A stretch of 57,533 nt of DNA from Candidatus Sediminicultor quartus (GCA_011056645.1 DSEL01000186.1:1-57533); one strand, 5' to 3'. Shown: positions 29,732-40,481, counted from the stretch's first letter. Notes: generated by a model from the letters alone, not told the origin. Translations and numbers: made by a program.

Positions 29732-30331
29732 ATGAAGACGCTGTATATTTTTGATATGGGGGGTGTCCTATGTTGTGATTTTAATGATATTCCCGGCATA
29801 AGTAATTATCTGGGAATTACCGAAGAAAATTTTTTTATTTATACCGGTGAAAATTTTAAAAAACTCCTTGAAGGAAAAATTAACAGTCATGAATTTTGGA
29901 TAAGATTTTCTAAAAGATATGGTAAAAAAGTAAAAGAAGAATTATTTGGTAAATTTTTTAACCCGGGAATAATCGAGGGAACAAAAGAAATAATAGAACA
30001 GCTAAGAAATAATTCAAGAGTTGTTTGCGGGACCAACACGATTGATGCGCATTATCACTATCTTTTAAACCAAGGCAGTTATAAAATCTTCGATGAAGTT
30101 TATGCCTCTAATTTAATGGGAATATCCAAGCCTAACCCGGATTTTTACCGGCATATTTTAAATAAAGAAGGGGTTAAGCCCGAAAACACAGTCTTTGTGG
30201 ATGATATCGAAGAGAATATTATTGCTGCTCAAAAAATCGGTATCAGCTCTATTCTTTTTACCGATCCCAATTCTCTAAAAACTAAATTAAAGAATTTAAT
30301 GATTATTCATAAGACTAAAAAACAAATGTAG
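29732..30331 (+). CDS. HAD-superfamily phosphatase
   Basis: FDMGGV, TN, KPNP and FVDD motifs. Confidence 0.88.
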   Translation: MKTLYIFDMGGVLCCDFNDIPGISNYLGITEENFFIYTGENFKKLLEGKINSHEFWIRFSKRYGKKVKEELFGKFFNPGIIEGTKEIIEQLRNNSRVVCGTNTIDAHYHYLLNQGSYKIFDEVYASNLMGISKPNPDFYRHILNKEGVKPENTVFVDDIEENIIAAQKIGISSILFTDPNSLKTKLKNLMIIHKTKKQM

Positions 30332-30473
30332 ATAAAGGTGCGATTCATCGAGCTTCTTAATTTTTAACCCTCCTTTTGGATGCTTCGAGAAAAGTATTTA
30401 TCTTTAAATAGAAAAATGATAGTGTTATAATTAAAATAGTTCTATTTAAAATAGGAAATAAAGAGGAGATAAG

Positions 30474-31850
30474 GTGCTTAGGATCAGAAATGCCCGGATT
30501 GTGAAAAATGAAGAGTTGAAAGAAGTAAATATATATGTTGAAAAGGGAAAAATAAAAGATATTGTACCGGGAGATAAGGCATTGCTTTTAGTTGAAAGAG
30601 AAATTGATGCCAAAGGCCATGTAGTATTTCCTGGCTTTATTGATTCCCACGTGCATTTTGATGATCCTGGATTTACAGAGAGAGAAGATTTTGAGACTGG
30701 GACTAAAAGTGCAGCAGCTGGCGGTATTACCACCATTATCGATATGCCCTGTACCTCTATTCCTCCGGTTACGAATGGTAAAAATTTTGATTACAAATTA
30801 AAGATAGTTAAACCAAAAGCCTATGTAGATTTTGCTTTCTGGGGAGGGATTACTCCGGAACAGATAGGATCGGGAGAATTCAAGAATAGTGTAAAAGAAT
30901 TAAAAGACAGGGGAGTTGTAGGAGTGAAGTTTTACACTATTTCCGGGATGGAACTCTATCCCAGGATGTCCATTCCCGATATGGATAAAGCCTTCAGAGT
31001 TCTCAAGGATTTAATGCTAGTTTGTGCGGTACATGCAGAGGATTATTATTTAGTAGAATATTATTCCCATCTTATGCAGGAAATGGGAAGAGAAGACCCC
31101 GAGAGTTGGTCTGAAGGAAGGACCTATGAAGCAGAGCCGGAAGCAATATGGTCGGTAGTGGGAATTACAAAAAAAGTTGGAAATAAACTTCATATTGTTC
31201 ATCTTTCTACCAAAGAAGGTTTAAATATTATTCGATGGGCGAAGTCTCAGGGAACGGATGTGACCGCTGAAACTTGCCCTCAGTATTTAGTTTTTACAGC
31301 AGAAGATTTTAACCAGATTGGTTCAATATTAAAAATCGCTCCACCATTACGCAAGGAAGAGGATAGGGAAGAACTGTGGAGAGGGTTAAAAGATGGTTCA
31401 ATTGATTTTATTTCCACCGACCATGCGGCAGGAAAATATCCGGAGGAAAAATCATCACCTAATATCTGGAAAAATTATGCTGGTATTCCTGGTGCTCAAT
31501 TGGCTGCTCCAACCTTAATTCATTTTGGTTATCATGGCGGTAGGTTAAAGTTAGGGGAGATTCAAAAATTAATGTCTGAGAATTCTGCTAAAAGGTACGG
31601 ACTTTTCCAGCAAAAAGGAGCTATTCAAGTTGGTTATGATGCTGATTTTACCATAATAGATCTGGATAAAGAATGGACTGTAGATCCATCGAAATTAATG
31701 AGCAAAGGAAAATACTCTCCCCTCTCCGGGAAAACTTTAAGAGGGAAAATATATATGACGATTATCCGTGGGGAATTAATATACAAGGAAGATGAAGGAA
31801 TAATTGGAGAAAAAGGAATCGGTGAATTGGTGGAAAGCAAGGAAAATTAA
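30474..31850 (+). CDS. Cyclic amidohydrolase (allantoinase/dihydropyrimidinase family)
   Basis: DSHVHF, AAAGGITT, carbamylated Lys (GVKF), VHAE, HIVH and TDHA motifs. GTG start after GAGGAG. Confidence 0.85.
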   Translation: MLRIRNARIVKNEELKEVNIYVEKGKIKDIVPGDKALLLVEREIDAKGHVVFPGFIDSHVHFDDPGFTEREDFETGTKSAAAGGITTIIDMPCTSIPPVTNGKNFDYKLKIVKPKAYVDFAFWGGITPEQIGSGEFKNSVKELKDRGVVGVKFYTISGMELYPRMSIPDMDKAFRVLKDLMLVCAVHAEDYYLVEYYSHLMQEMGREDPESWSEGRTYEAEPEAIWSVVGITKKVGNKLHIVHLSTKEGLNIIRWAKSQGTDVTAETCPQYLVFTAEDFNQIGSILKIAPPLRKEEDREELWRGLKDGSIDFISTDHAAGKYPEEKSSPNIWKNYAGIPGAQLAAPTLIHFGYHGGRLKLGEIQKLMSENSAKRYGLFQQKGAIQVGYDADFTIIDLDKEWTVDPSKLMSKGKYSPLSGKTLRGKIYMTIIRGELIYKEDEGIIGEKGIGELVESKEN

Positions 31851-31948
31851 TATTTAAAAATTAGTAGCAGATTCTGCTGCAATTCTGGTAATTTATCTTT
31901 ATCACGATCTCAAATAGAAATTATCCATAGAAAGGGAGGAAAAAATTA

Positions 31949-32932
31949 ATGCAAACTATATTTAAAGGCAAACATTTTATTACACTTCAAGATTGGAACA
32001 AAGGAGAAATAGACACCTTGCTCGATGTCTCTTTTGATTTGAAGAAAAAATTTGCCATGGGTATACCAACACCTTATTTATTATACAAGACCATATTTTT
32101 AATGTTTTTTGAGCAGTCAACACGAACCAGAAACTCAATGGAATCAGGGATTGCTCAGTTAGGAGGTCATGGCACTTTTCTTGATACCAGTACCATGCAA
32201 ATAGCTCATGGTGAAGTGGCAAAGGATACAGCTATTATTTTATCCAGATTTGGCCATGCTATTGCTTGCAGAAATTGCTTTTGGGAAGTAGGGAATAAAT
32301 ATCTAAAGGAAATGGAAAAATGGTCTACAGCTCCCATTTTAAACCTGCAAAGTGACTTATATCATCCCATGCAGGGAATTGCTGATTTGATGACCATGAA
32401 AGAAAAAATTGGAGATTTGAAAGGCACTAAAGTATCTGTTATTTGGGCTTATGCAAGCAGTCACAAGAAACCAATTTCAGTTCCGCTTACTCAAATTCTT
32501 TTATTTCCGAGATATGGAATGGAGGTTACTCTTGCCTATCCAAAAGGATATGATTTACCGGATTGGGCTATTAAACAAGCCAAAGAAAATGCTGAAAAAC
32601 ACGGGGGAACTTTAACCATAACCCACGATATAGAAAAGGCATATAGAGAAGCAGATGTAGTCATTCCCAAGAATTGGGGAAGTTGGGCAACTAATCAAAC
32701 AAGCGAAGTAATGGATGCCTTGCTTGAATCTTGCAAAAATTGGAAATGTACCGAGAAAATGATGAAACTTGCCAGCAAAGATGTTATGTATATGCACGCA
32801 CTCCCGGCAGATAGAGAAAATGAAGTTGAAAATTCAGTGATTGATGGGCCTCATTCAATTATTTACGACGAAGCAGAAAATAGATTACATACGGCAAAAG
32901 CAGTAATGATGCTAACCATGAATGGGAGGTAA
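31949..32932 (+). CDS. YgeW-like carbamoyltransferase
   Basis: STRT and HPMQ motifs; WAYASSHKKPISVP resembles YgeW WAYSPSYGKPLSVP; also PKNW and MHALPAD. Confidence 0.8.
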   Translation: MQTIFKGKHFITLQDWNKGEIDTLLDVSFDLKKKFAMGIPTPYLLYKTIFLMFFEQSTRTRNSMESGIAQLGGHGTFLDTSTMQIAHGEVAKDTAIILSRFGHAIACRNCFWEVGNKYLKEMEKWSTAPILNLQSDLYHPMQGIADLMTMKEKIGDLKGTKVSVIWAYASSHKKPISVPLTQILLFPRYGMEVTLAYPKGYDLPDWAIKQAKENAEKHGGTLTITHDIEKAYREADVVIPKNWGSWATNQTSEVMDALLESCKNWKCTEKMMKLASKDVMYMHALPADRENEVENSVIDGPHSIIYDEAENRLHTAKAVMMLTMNGR

Positions 32933-32980
32933 AAGAGGGAAAAAAGAAATAATTATATAGCCGGGGAGGAAAAAATAGAG

Positions 32981-34216
32981 ATGAGTTACCTAAAAAAACT
33001 AAAATGCCTATTGTGCGGAAGGGAATATGATATTGGAGAGGTAAGATACAATTGTCCGGAATGTGGGGATGAAGGGATTTTAGAAATAATTTATGACTAT
33101 CCTAAGCTAAAAAAGGTTTTTAATCGGGAATCCCTCAAAAAAAATAAGGAATTTTCCATGTGGAGATACCTGCCTCTTTTACCGGTGGATAATCCTGCCA
33201 AAATTGGACCGTCAAAAGTTGGTTGGACTCCTTTATATGAAGCGAAAAGAATAAGAGAAGATCTAAGAATACCCAATCTATGGATCAAGGATGACGGGAG
33301 GAACCCCACTGCTTCTTTAAAAGACCGGCCGTCTGCTATAGCAATAGTAAAAGCCCGGGAATTGGGGGAGAAGATCGTTACCTGTGCCTCTACCGGCAAT
33401 GCTGCCTCATCACTGGCGGGAGCTGCTGCATCGGTAGGTTTAAAGAGTTACATTTTTGTTCCCCAGACCGCACCAAGTGCCAAAATTGCCCAACTTTTAG
33501 TATTTGGCTCAACTGTCTTTGCAGTAAGAGGAACCTATGATGAAGCTTTTGATCTGTCCATTGAAGCTACCAGAGAATTTGGCTGGTACAATCGAAATAC
33601 TGCTTTTAATCCCAATATGGTGGAAGGGAAGAAGACGGTTGCATTGGAAATTATCGAACAAATGAATTTTGAAGTTCCAGATTATATATTTGTACCGGTA
33701 GGAGACGGTTGTATCATCTCTGGAGTAGCCAAAGCTTACCATGATATGTTTTCTTTAGGCTTTATTGACCATTGCCCCAAATTGGTGGCTGTACAGGCAG
33801 AAGGATGTAAGCCGATTGTAGAGGCGGTAAATGGTGATGGAGAAGTAAAATTTGTGGAGCCGAATACCATTGCCGATAGCATTGCTGTAGGAATTCCCAG
33901 GAATCGACTGATGGCAGTAAGAGATATAAAAGAATCAAGAGGATTTGGTGTTGCAGTTAGTGATCAAGAAATATTGGAAGCGATTAAATATTTAGGTTCT
34001 AAGCAAGGAATTTTTGCCGAACCTGCGGGCTCTACTGCTTTTGCCGGAATGGTCAAAGCGCTAAAGGAGGGAAAAATCTCCAAAGGAGATAAAATTGTAG
34101 TATTAGTTACTGGAAATGGATTAAAGGACGTAGAAAGTGCTAAAAAAGCCGGGGGAGAGGCCCTGGTAATAGACCCCAATTTAGAAGCGGTAAAGGAGAT
34201 AATGAACAGAAAGTGA
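32981..34216 (+). CDS. Threonine synthase-like PLP enzyme (fold type II) with N-terminal Zn ribbon
   Basis: CLLC..CPEC, PTASLKDR, ASTGNA, VPVGDG and EPAGS motifs. Confidence 0.85.
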   Translation: MSYLKKLKCLLCGREYDIGEVRYNCPECGDEGILEIIYDYPKLKKVFNRESLKKNKEFSMWRYLPLLPVDNPAKIGPSKVGWTPLYEAKRIREDLRIPNLWIKDDGRNPTASLKDRPSAIAIVKARELGEKIVTCASTGNAASSLAGAAASVGLKSYIFVPQTAPSAKIAQLLVFGSTVFAVRGTYDEAFDLSIEATREFGWYNRNTAFNPNMVEGKKTVALEIIEQMNFEVPDYIFVPVGDGCIISGVAKAYHDMFSLGFIDHCPKLVAVQAEGCKPIVEAVNGDGEVKFVEPNTIADSIAVGIPRNRLMAVRDIKESRGFGVAVSDQEILEAIKYLGSKQGIFAEPAGSTAFAGMVKALKEGKISKGDKIVVLVTGNGLKDVESAKKAGGEALVIDPNLEAVKEIMNRK

Positions 34217-35337
34217 ATATTACGGAACAAAAAGAAATACAAGATCTTCTTCAAAAGCTTATTCGGATTAAAAGTATAAACCCTCCGGGAAACGAAAATC
34301 AAATTGCTAATTTTATAAAGAAATTTCTCTTAAAAAATAATATCCAATCCGAATTAGTTCCTTTAGAAGAAAGCCGGAGTTCGATTGTAGCAACAATTGA
34401 AGGAGAAGAGGAAAGAAATATTACACTTTGCGGGCATTTAGATACGGTAGCGGCAAAAGAAGAGGAGTGGACGAGACCTGCTTTCCAGGGATTAATCGAA
34501 AACGGGAAGATGTACGGCTTAGGTACATCAGATATGAAGGGTGGAGTGGCTGCCATTCTTTACGCAGCAGTACTTTTAAAAAGAAAGGGAATTGTTCCTA
34601 AAAAATCAATTCAATTAGCTCTTACGGCAGATGAAGAATGGGAATATAGAGGGGTAAAAAGTTTAATTGATGAGGGTTATTTTGACCGGACTGATTTTCT
34701 TATTATTGCTGAACCCTCTAACCTTCAAGTTTCTACCGGAGAAAAGGGAGAATTATGGATAAAAGCTAAATTTTTCGGGAAGTCCGCCCATGGATCCACT
34801 CCTGAGGTGGGGGTAAATACAATTATACCGGGAAGTGAGTTTGTAGTGAAAGTCACCGAAAGATGTGGGAAAATATTTGAAGCAAATCACTTTTGGGGCA
34901 AAAGTTCAATAAATATCGGACAGTTTCACGGAGGATCACAGGTAAATATTGTCCCTGATTATTCAGAAATACAACTAGATTTCAGGGTAATTTCAGATGA
35001 GGATAAAGAGAAAGCAGTGGAATTAGTGGTAATGGCGGGTGAAGAGATTGAAAAAAAGTATAAAGTGCGATTTGCGCAAGAGATTTTTAGTTATCATCCT
35101 CCTATTTTTACCAGTTCAGATAATCCTTATGTGGAAAAGTTTCGGCAGGTTTCCGGAGCAAAGGGGGTAATAATTACTAAATACTGCACTGATGGAGCGA
35201 CAATAATTCCAAGGAAGAGAATTCCTTTTATTATTTTTGGACCCGGGTATATTACCCAGGCTCATCAAAACGATGAATATATTGAATTGAAATCTCTTTA
35301 TCAAGCAGTAGATACCTATATAAAATTCTTAACATAA
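34213..35337 (+). CDS. M20 (ArgE/DapE/YgeY-like) metallohydrolase
   Basis: GHLDTV, DMKGG, DEE, AEPS and AHQNDE motifs. GTG start overlaps the upstream stop. Confidence 0.88.
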   Translation: MNITEQKEIQDLLQKLIRIKSINPPGNENQIANFIKKFLLKNNIQSELVPLEESRSSIVATIEGEEERNITLCGHLDTVAAKEEEWTRPAFQGLIENGKMYGLGTSDMKGGVAAILYAAVLLKRKGIVPKKSIQLALTADEEWEYRGVKSLIDEGYFDRTDFLIIAEPSNLQVSTGEKGELWIKAKFFGKSAHGSTPEVGVNTIIPGSEFVVKVTERCGKIFEANHFWGKSSINIGQFHGGSQVNIVPDYSEIQLDFRVISDEDKEKAVELVVMAGEEIEKKYKVRFAQEIFSYHPPIFTSSDNPYVEKFRQVSGAKGVIITKYCTDGATIIPRKRIPFIIFGPGYITQAHQNDEYIELKSLYQAVDTYIKFLT

Positions 35338-35462
35338 CCAAGAATATCTCTCGTTAAGCAACTGTCAGCTTGAAAGTTACGAATTGTAAGGTTATAGGAT
35401 AGAATTCAGAAGCCAGTAACCAGAATCAAGAACAATATTTGATAACTTAAAGTATTTGGAGA

Positions 35463-35515
35463 GTAGGGATTTGATTCATTAAACCCGTTTCGGGTCGGAT
35501 AAATCCGACCCCTAC
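35463..35515. repeat. REP doublet, GTAGGG family
   Basis: Two head-to-head units: GTAGGGATTTGATTCATTAAACCCG (+) and GTAGGGGTCGGATTTATCCGACCCG (-). Internal hairpin GGGTCGGAT/ATCCGACCC at 35492-35511. Confidence 0.75.
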
Positions 35516-35544
35516 AGTCTACAAATAAATAAAGGAGATATAGA

Positions 35545-37011
35545 ATGATTGATCTAACTATTAACGAAAAACAATTAGAAAGAACTGTAAAGAGAGCCAG
35601 AGAAAAAAATATTGTCATCCCCACTTTTGAACAGATGAGAAATCCGGAGCTTATTCCCCAAAAAATCAAAGATCATCTAAAAGATGTAGGATTATGGGAT
35701 ATTAATTCTTATAATCTTTTTCGGATTACCTGGAAGAATGAACCGATAAAAAAGGGTGGCCAATTCGATGGGGTTAATTTTGTAGAGTTACCTCCCGAAT
35801 TAACCGGAGTAAAAGCTAAAATATACGCTTTAGTAGGTAAATGGTTTCCCACCGGAGCCCATAAGGTAGGAGCTACTTTTGGTTGTCTGGTCCCCAGATT
35901 AGTGACCGGTCAGTTTGATCCTACTTCCCAGAAAGCAGTCTGGCCTTCTACCGGCAATTACTGCCGGGGCGGTGCCTATGATTCTGACCTGCTTTCCTGC
36001 GAATCCATTGCTATTCTCCCGGAAGGGATGAGCAAAGAACGCTTCGACTGGTTATCCAAAGTAGCCGGAGAAGTCATTGCTACTCCGGGAACCGAGAGTA
36101 ATGTAAAAGAAATTTTTGATAAGACCTGGGAATTAAAAAAGACCAGGGATAATGTGGTCATCTTCAATCAGTTTGAGGAATTCGGTAATCACCTCTGGCA
36201 TTATGATGTTACCGGTCATGCCATGGAAGAGGTCTTATCTCAAGTAATGAATTCAAAAGATCATTATGCCGGAGTGGTTCTGACTACCGGTTCTGCTGGT
36301 ACCCTGGGTTGCGGAGATTACCTGAAAGAAAGATTCCCTACCAGCAAGCTCGCGGCCGGTGAAGCTTTGCAATGCCCCACACTTCTGGCTAATGGTTTTG
36401 GTGCTCATCGCATTGAAGGGATAGGGGATAAACATGTCCCCTGGATACACAATGCCAAAAATACCGATCTGGTCATTGCCGTAGATGATAACAACAGTAT
36501 GGGGATCATCCGTCTATTTAATGAACCGGTTGGGCAGAGATATTTAAGCAAAAAAGGTGTCCCTGCAGAAATCATCAAAAAATTGCCTCTTATGGGAATC
36601 TCCAGTGTGGCTAATATGATCATGGCTATTAAGTTTGCTAAATATTATGAATTAACCGAAAAAGACATCGTCATAACTGTCTTTACCGATTCCATGGAAC
36701 TTTACGGCTCCCGGTTAAAAGAGTTAGAGGAAGAGTTTGGTCCCTATAATGAAATAGATGCAGCTATCGATTTTCATCGTAACCTGCAGGCACTTACTAT
36801 TGATTATATGCAAGAATTAACCTACTATGATAAGAAAAGGATCCATAACCTCAAATACTTTACCTGGATAGAACAACAGGGAAAGGGTTTAGAGGAATTA
36901 GATGCCCAATGGTATGACTATGAAAATTACTGGGGTGGTATTCATAACCAGGTCGATGAGATAGATAGATTGATTAGAGAATTTAATCAGAGGACTGGTC
37001 TGTTAAAGTAA
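35545..37011 (+). CDS. PLP-dependent enzyme, fold type II (cysteine synthase-like, long form)
   Basis: TGAHKVG (PLP Lys), STGNY, TGSAGT and HRIEGIG motifs. Function unknown. Confidence 0.8.
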   Translation: MIDLTINEKQLERTVKRAREKNIVIPTFEQMRNPELIPQKIKDHLKDVGLWDINSYNLFRITWKNEPIKKGGQFDGVNFVELPPELTGVKAKIYALVGKWFPTGAHKVGATFGCLVPRLVTGQFDPTSQKAVWPSTGNYCRGGAYDSDLLSCESIAILPEGMSKERFDWLSKVAGEVIATPGTESNVKEIFDKTWELKKTRDNVVIFNQFEEFGNHLWHYDVTGHAMEEVLSQVMNSKDHYAGVVLTTGSAGTLGCGDYLKERFPTSKLAAGEALQCPTLLANGFGAHRIEGIGDKHVPWIHNAKNTDLVIAVDDNNSMGIIRLFNEPVGQRYLSKKGVPAEIIKKLPLMGISSVANMIMAIKFAKYYELTEKDIVITVFTDSMELYGSRLKELEEEFGPYNEIDAAIDFHRNLQALTIDYMQELTYYDKKRIHNLKYFTWIEQQGKGLEELDAQWYDYENYWGGIHNQVDEIDRLIREFNQRTGLLK

Positions 37012-37051
37012 ATAAAAGAATAAAATTAGAACATAAAATAGGAGGTTTTCA

Positions 37052-38005
37052 ATGCGTAGTTTTTTAGGAAGAGATATCCTCTCTTTGAAAGATTTTGAGA
37101 GGGAAGATTTTGTTAGAATTTTTGAAGTTTGTAAAAAATTAGAACCTATTGCCAAGAATCGTAAAAACAGTAATATTCTGGCCGATAAAACTATGGTAAC
37201 CGCATTCTATCAACCAAGCACCCGTACCCGCTTGTCTCATGAAGCAGCCATGCATCGTCTTGGCGGCCATGTACTTGGTTTTGCGGATGCAAAAATGACC
37301 CGAGCGGGCGATTTCTATCAGGAAAGCATTAAAGATACTGTTAAAATGCTGGAATATTATGGTGACGTTATTGTAATGCGGCATTTTCAACAGGGCGCCC
37401 CGGCTGAGACAGCAAAATGGGCTAGCGTTCCTGTAATTAACGCCGGTGATGGTTGGGGAGAGCACCCTACCCAGGTTTTAACCGATCTATATACCATTCT
37501 ACAGGAAAAAGGTACTATTGATGGGTTGACTTTCCTCTGTATTGGCGATATGCGTATGCGCACGATGCATTCCATTTCCTATGCACTTACCCAATTTGAT
37601 GCCCAGGTTATTTACGTAGCCCCACCTGCAATGTCAATGACCGAAGAATTTAAAGCCGAGTTAAAAAATTACAACTTGCGTTTCAAGACAGCAGAGCATG
37701 TTGCTGATGTAATTAATGAAGCGGATGTTATCTACATGGAACCTGTTGTGCAGGCTGATTATACCAAATCTCGTGAAGATACAAAGTCAGACAAAGGCTT
37801 AACCCCTGATAATTACCGGGTAACTCGCGAACTTTTAGAGAAGAAAGCAAAACCCAATTCAATTATATTGCATTCTCTGCCGAGAATGGATGAACTGCCT
37901 CCAGACGTCGATATCACCCGACATGCACGTTATTGGCAGGAAGCCTTTAATGGAGTTGTTTTGAAAATGGCTTTGCTCGCATTAATTCTGGGTGCCGAAG
38001 AATAA
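37052..38005 (+). CDS. Aspartate carbamoyltransferase-like protein (altered acceptor site)
   Basis: STRTRLS, MRH, NAGDG, HPTQ and HSLPR are present; the aspartate-binding residues diverge (see findings). Confidence 0.8.
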   Translation: MRSFLGRDILSLKDFEREDFVRIFEVCKKLEPIAKNRKNSNILADKTMVTAFYQPSTRTRLSHEAAMHRLGGHVLGFADAKMTRAGDFYQESIKDTVKMLEYYGDVIVMRHFQQGAPAETAKWASVPVINAGDGWGEHPTQVLTDLYTILQEKGTIDGLTFLCIGDMRMRTMHSISYALTQFDAQVIYVAPPAMSMTEEFKAELKNYNLRFKTAEHVADVINEADVIYMEPVVQADYTKSREDTKSDKGLTPDNYRVTRELLEKKAKPNSIILHSLPRMDELPPDVDITRHARYWQEAFNGVVLKMALLALILGAEE

Positions 38006-38180
38006 ACTTCTTATAAGAAACAAGATAATTCTATGTGGTTAATAAAATAAATCCAAACAAAAAGTATAAAATTTTAGCATAGAGTAGCATGGAGAAGTTA
38101 GATTAGCATTCTACATTATTTATCTATCTTATTATCTATTGGTATTTTTGGGATAGAACTACTGAAAAGCGAGGCGAGGC

Positions 38181-40481
38181 ATGGATTATAGTACAGTTAA
38201 TAAACCAATAAAACGGATTGATGCCTATGAAAAAGTTACTGGAAAAGCCAAATTTGGTGCTGATCTTTTCTTTACCAATATGCTTTATGCCAAAGTTTTA
38301 CGAAGTAAATATCCCCATGCTCTAATTTTGAAAATTAACATCAAAAAAGCTCTGGCTTATCCGGGCGTAAAAGCAGTGATTACGGCGGATGATATTCCTA
38401 ATAATGAATTTGGAGTTATTGTTCAAAATCAACAAGTGTTAGCTCGACAACAAACTTTTTATAGCGGGGATGGCATTGCTGTCATTGCTGCCGAGACTAA
38501 AGAGTCAGCTGCAAAAGCTCTGGAGTTAATTGAAGTAGAGTATGAGGAATTACCGGGTATTTTTGACCCGGAAGAAACCGAGAAAAAAGATGCTCCTCTA
38601 ATCCATCCGGAGCTAGAAAATAATCAGGTGGTTCATCATCAGTTAAGAAAGGGAGATATTGAAGGGGGATTTACTCAGGCAGAGGTAATACTGGAAAGAG
38701 AATATACCACACAATTTGTAGAACACGCTTATATTGAGCCTGAGTCGCTCATCGCAGTCCCCCATGAACAAAATGCTTTAGTAACAATCTATGGTTCAAT
38801 TCAGAACCCTTTTTCCTGCCGAAATGCTGTGGCCAGCGTACTCAAGGTACCCTTGAATAAAGTGAGAATAATTCAGAATCATATGGGTGGATCATTTGGA
38901 GGCAAAGACGAAGTGATGTCTTCCATGGCTGCCCGGGCTGCCCTCCTGGCTCTAATAACCAACCAACCAGTCAAGATGGTTAATACCAGAGATGAGTCAA
39001 TTCTCGAAAGCTACAAACGCCATCCTTATAGGATGAAATACAAAGTAGGTGCCACCAAAGAAGGCAAGCTGATAGTAATGGAGATTAAGTGTTTGGCTGA
39101 TAGTGGAGCTTACGCCTGCCAGACTCCTTTTGTTACCTGGCGTTCAGTTGTCCAGGCTACCGGTCCCTACGAGCTGCCTAATGTGAAGACAGATACTTAC
39201 GGTTATTACACCAACAATATATATACCGGAGCAATGAGAGGTTATGGTTCCCCGCAGATTGTCTTTGCCCAGGAATCATTAATGGATGAGCTGGCCGAAG
39301 CACTACAGATGAACCCCATGGAGCTGCGTTTGAAAAATATCTATCATAATAATTCTATTACTGCCAGTGGACAGAAATTAGATAATCACCAGGTGAGTCT
39401 GGAAGAGGTTATTCATAAAGCGGTTAAAGTCAGTAATTATAAGGAGAAATATAGAGAATACAGCAAATCACAGCCAGGAGATAAAAAAAGAGGAATCGGT
39501 ATGGCTGTCAGTTTTAGAGGCTGTAGCCTGGGTGCTGAAGCAACCGATGCTGCAGGAGCCATAGTCGCCGTACAGCGTGACGGAAGTATCTTAATCTCCT
39601 GCGGATTAGCAGAAAATGGTGAAGGCTTAAAGACTGTTTTTACTCAGATAGCTGCCGAAGAATTAGGTGTGTACACTCAAAGGATTAACTATATGGAGGT
39701 TGATACTTCAGTATCTCCTGAAAGTGGGGCTACGGTTGCCTCCCGCAGTACTATATTAGGTGGCAATGCCGTAAAAAATGCTGCCTATCAATTAAAAGAA
39801 ACTCTTATTGAAATAGTCGCCGCTAAATTTAAAATTAGAACAGATCATTTGGATTTTAAGAATGAAAATATATATGATAAAAGTAAAAATCAAAAGATCA
39901 TTTCTTTTGATGAGGTTGTAAATTTAGCTGATCAGCAGGGAATATTTTTATCTGCTTATGGTTGGTACAAAGCTCCTGATATTTCCTGGAATGAAGAAAT
40001 TGGTCAGGGCAGACCCTATTTCACCTATGTTTATGGTTGTCAGATAGCAGAAGTGGAAGTTGATATCGCAACCGGTCAGGTAGAAGTATTAAAGATGACC
40101 GCTGCTCATGACGTGGGTAAAGCCATTAATCCTGCCTGCCTTAAAGGGCAGATCTACGGTGGCGTAATGATGGGCTTGGGTTATGGCATTATGGAGGAAT
40201 TAGAAAGCGAAGAAGGCTATATCAAAAATACTAACTTTGATGAATATCTAATTCCTACGGTAAAAGATATGCCGGAAATTATCCCGGTTATTATAGAAAA
40301 TCCCGATCCTCATGGTCCTTATGGAGCGAAATCTATCGGTGAACCAACTTTAGAACTGGGTGCCCCTGCCATTGCCAATGCAGTAGCTCAAGCAACCGGA
40401 AAAAGAATTAGGCATTTACCCCTTAATTTAGAACGGGTATTACTGGGATACTCTTTAAGAAAAGGTAAAACAAAGAAATGA
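38181..40481 (+). CDS. Xanthine dehydrogenase-family molybdopterin-binding subunit
   Basis: GGSFGGK, AMRGYG, SRST and KSIGE (catalytic Glu) motifs. Confidence 0.92.
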   Translation: MDYSTVNKPIKRIDAYEKVTGKAKFGADLFFTNMLYAKVLRSKYPHALILKINIKKALAYPGVKAVITADDIPNNEFGVIVQNQQVLARQQTFYSGDGIAVIAAETKESAAKALELIEVEYEELPGIFDPEETEKKDAPLIHPELENNQVVHHQLRKGDIEGGFTQAEVILEREYTTQFVEHAYIEPESLIAVPHEQNALVTIYGSIQNPFSCRNAVASVLKVPLNKVRIIQNHMGGSFGGKDEVMSSMAARAALLALITNQPVKMVNTRDESILESYKRHPYRMKYKVGATKEGKLIVMEIKCLADSGAYACQTPFVTWRSVVQATGPYELPNVKTDTYGYYTNNIYTGAMRGYGSPQIVFAQESLMDELAEALQMNPMELRLKNIYHNNSITASGQKLDNHQVSLEEVIHKAVKVSNYKEKYREYSKSQPGDKKRGIGMAVSFRGCSLGAEATDAAGAIVAVQRDGSILISCGLAENGEGLKTVFTQIAAEELGVYTQRINYMEVDTSVSPESGATVASRSTILGGNAVKNAAYQLKETLIEIVAAKFKIRTDHLDFKNENIYDKSKNQKIISFDEVVNLADQQGIFLSAYGWYKAPDISWNEEIGQGRPYFTYVYGCQIAEVEVDIATGQVEVLKMTAAHDVGKAINPACLKGQIYGGVMMGLGYGIMEELESEEGYIKNTNFDEYLIPTVKDMPEIIPVIIENPDPHGPYGAKSIGEPTLELGAPAIANAVAQATGKRIRHLPLNLERVLLGYSLRKGKTKK

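Noticed and set aside
35406-35669. 87-aa minus-strand ORF
   Set aside because: It is the antisense of the PLP gene plus a translation of the REP doublet (CRGRIYPTRNGFNESNPY).
37052-38005. Calling this gene pyrB, and 32981-34216 thrC, as biosynthetic housekeeping genes
   Set aside because: Aspartate-binding residues are missing, no pyr or thr partners are nearby, and the context is catabolic, so symbols were withheld.
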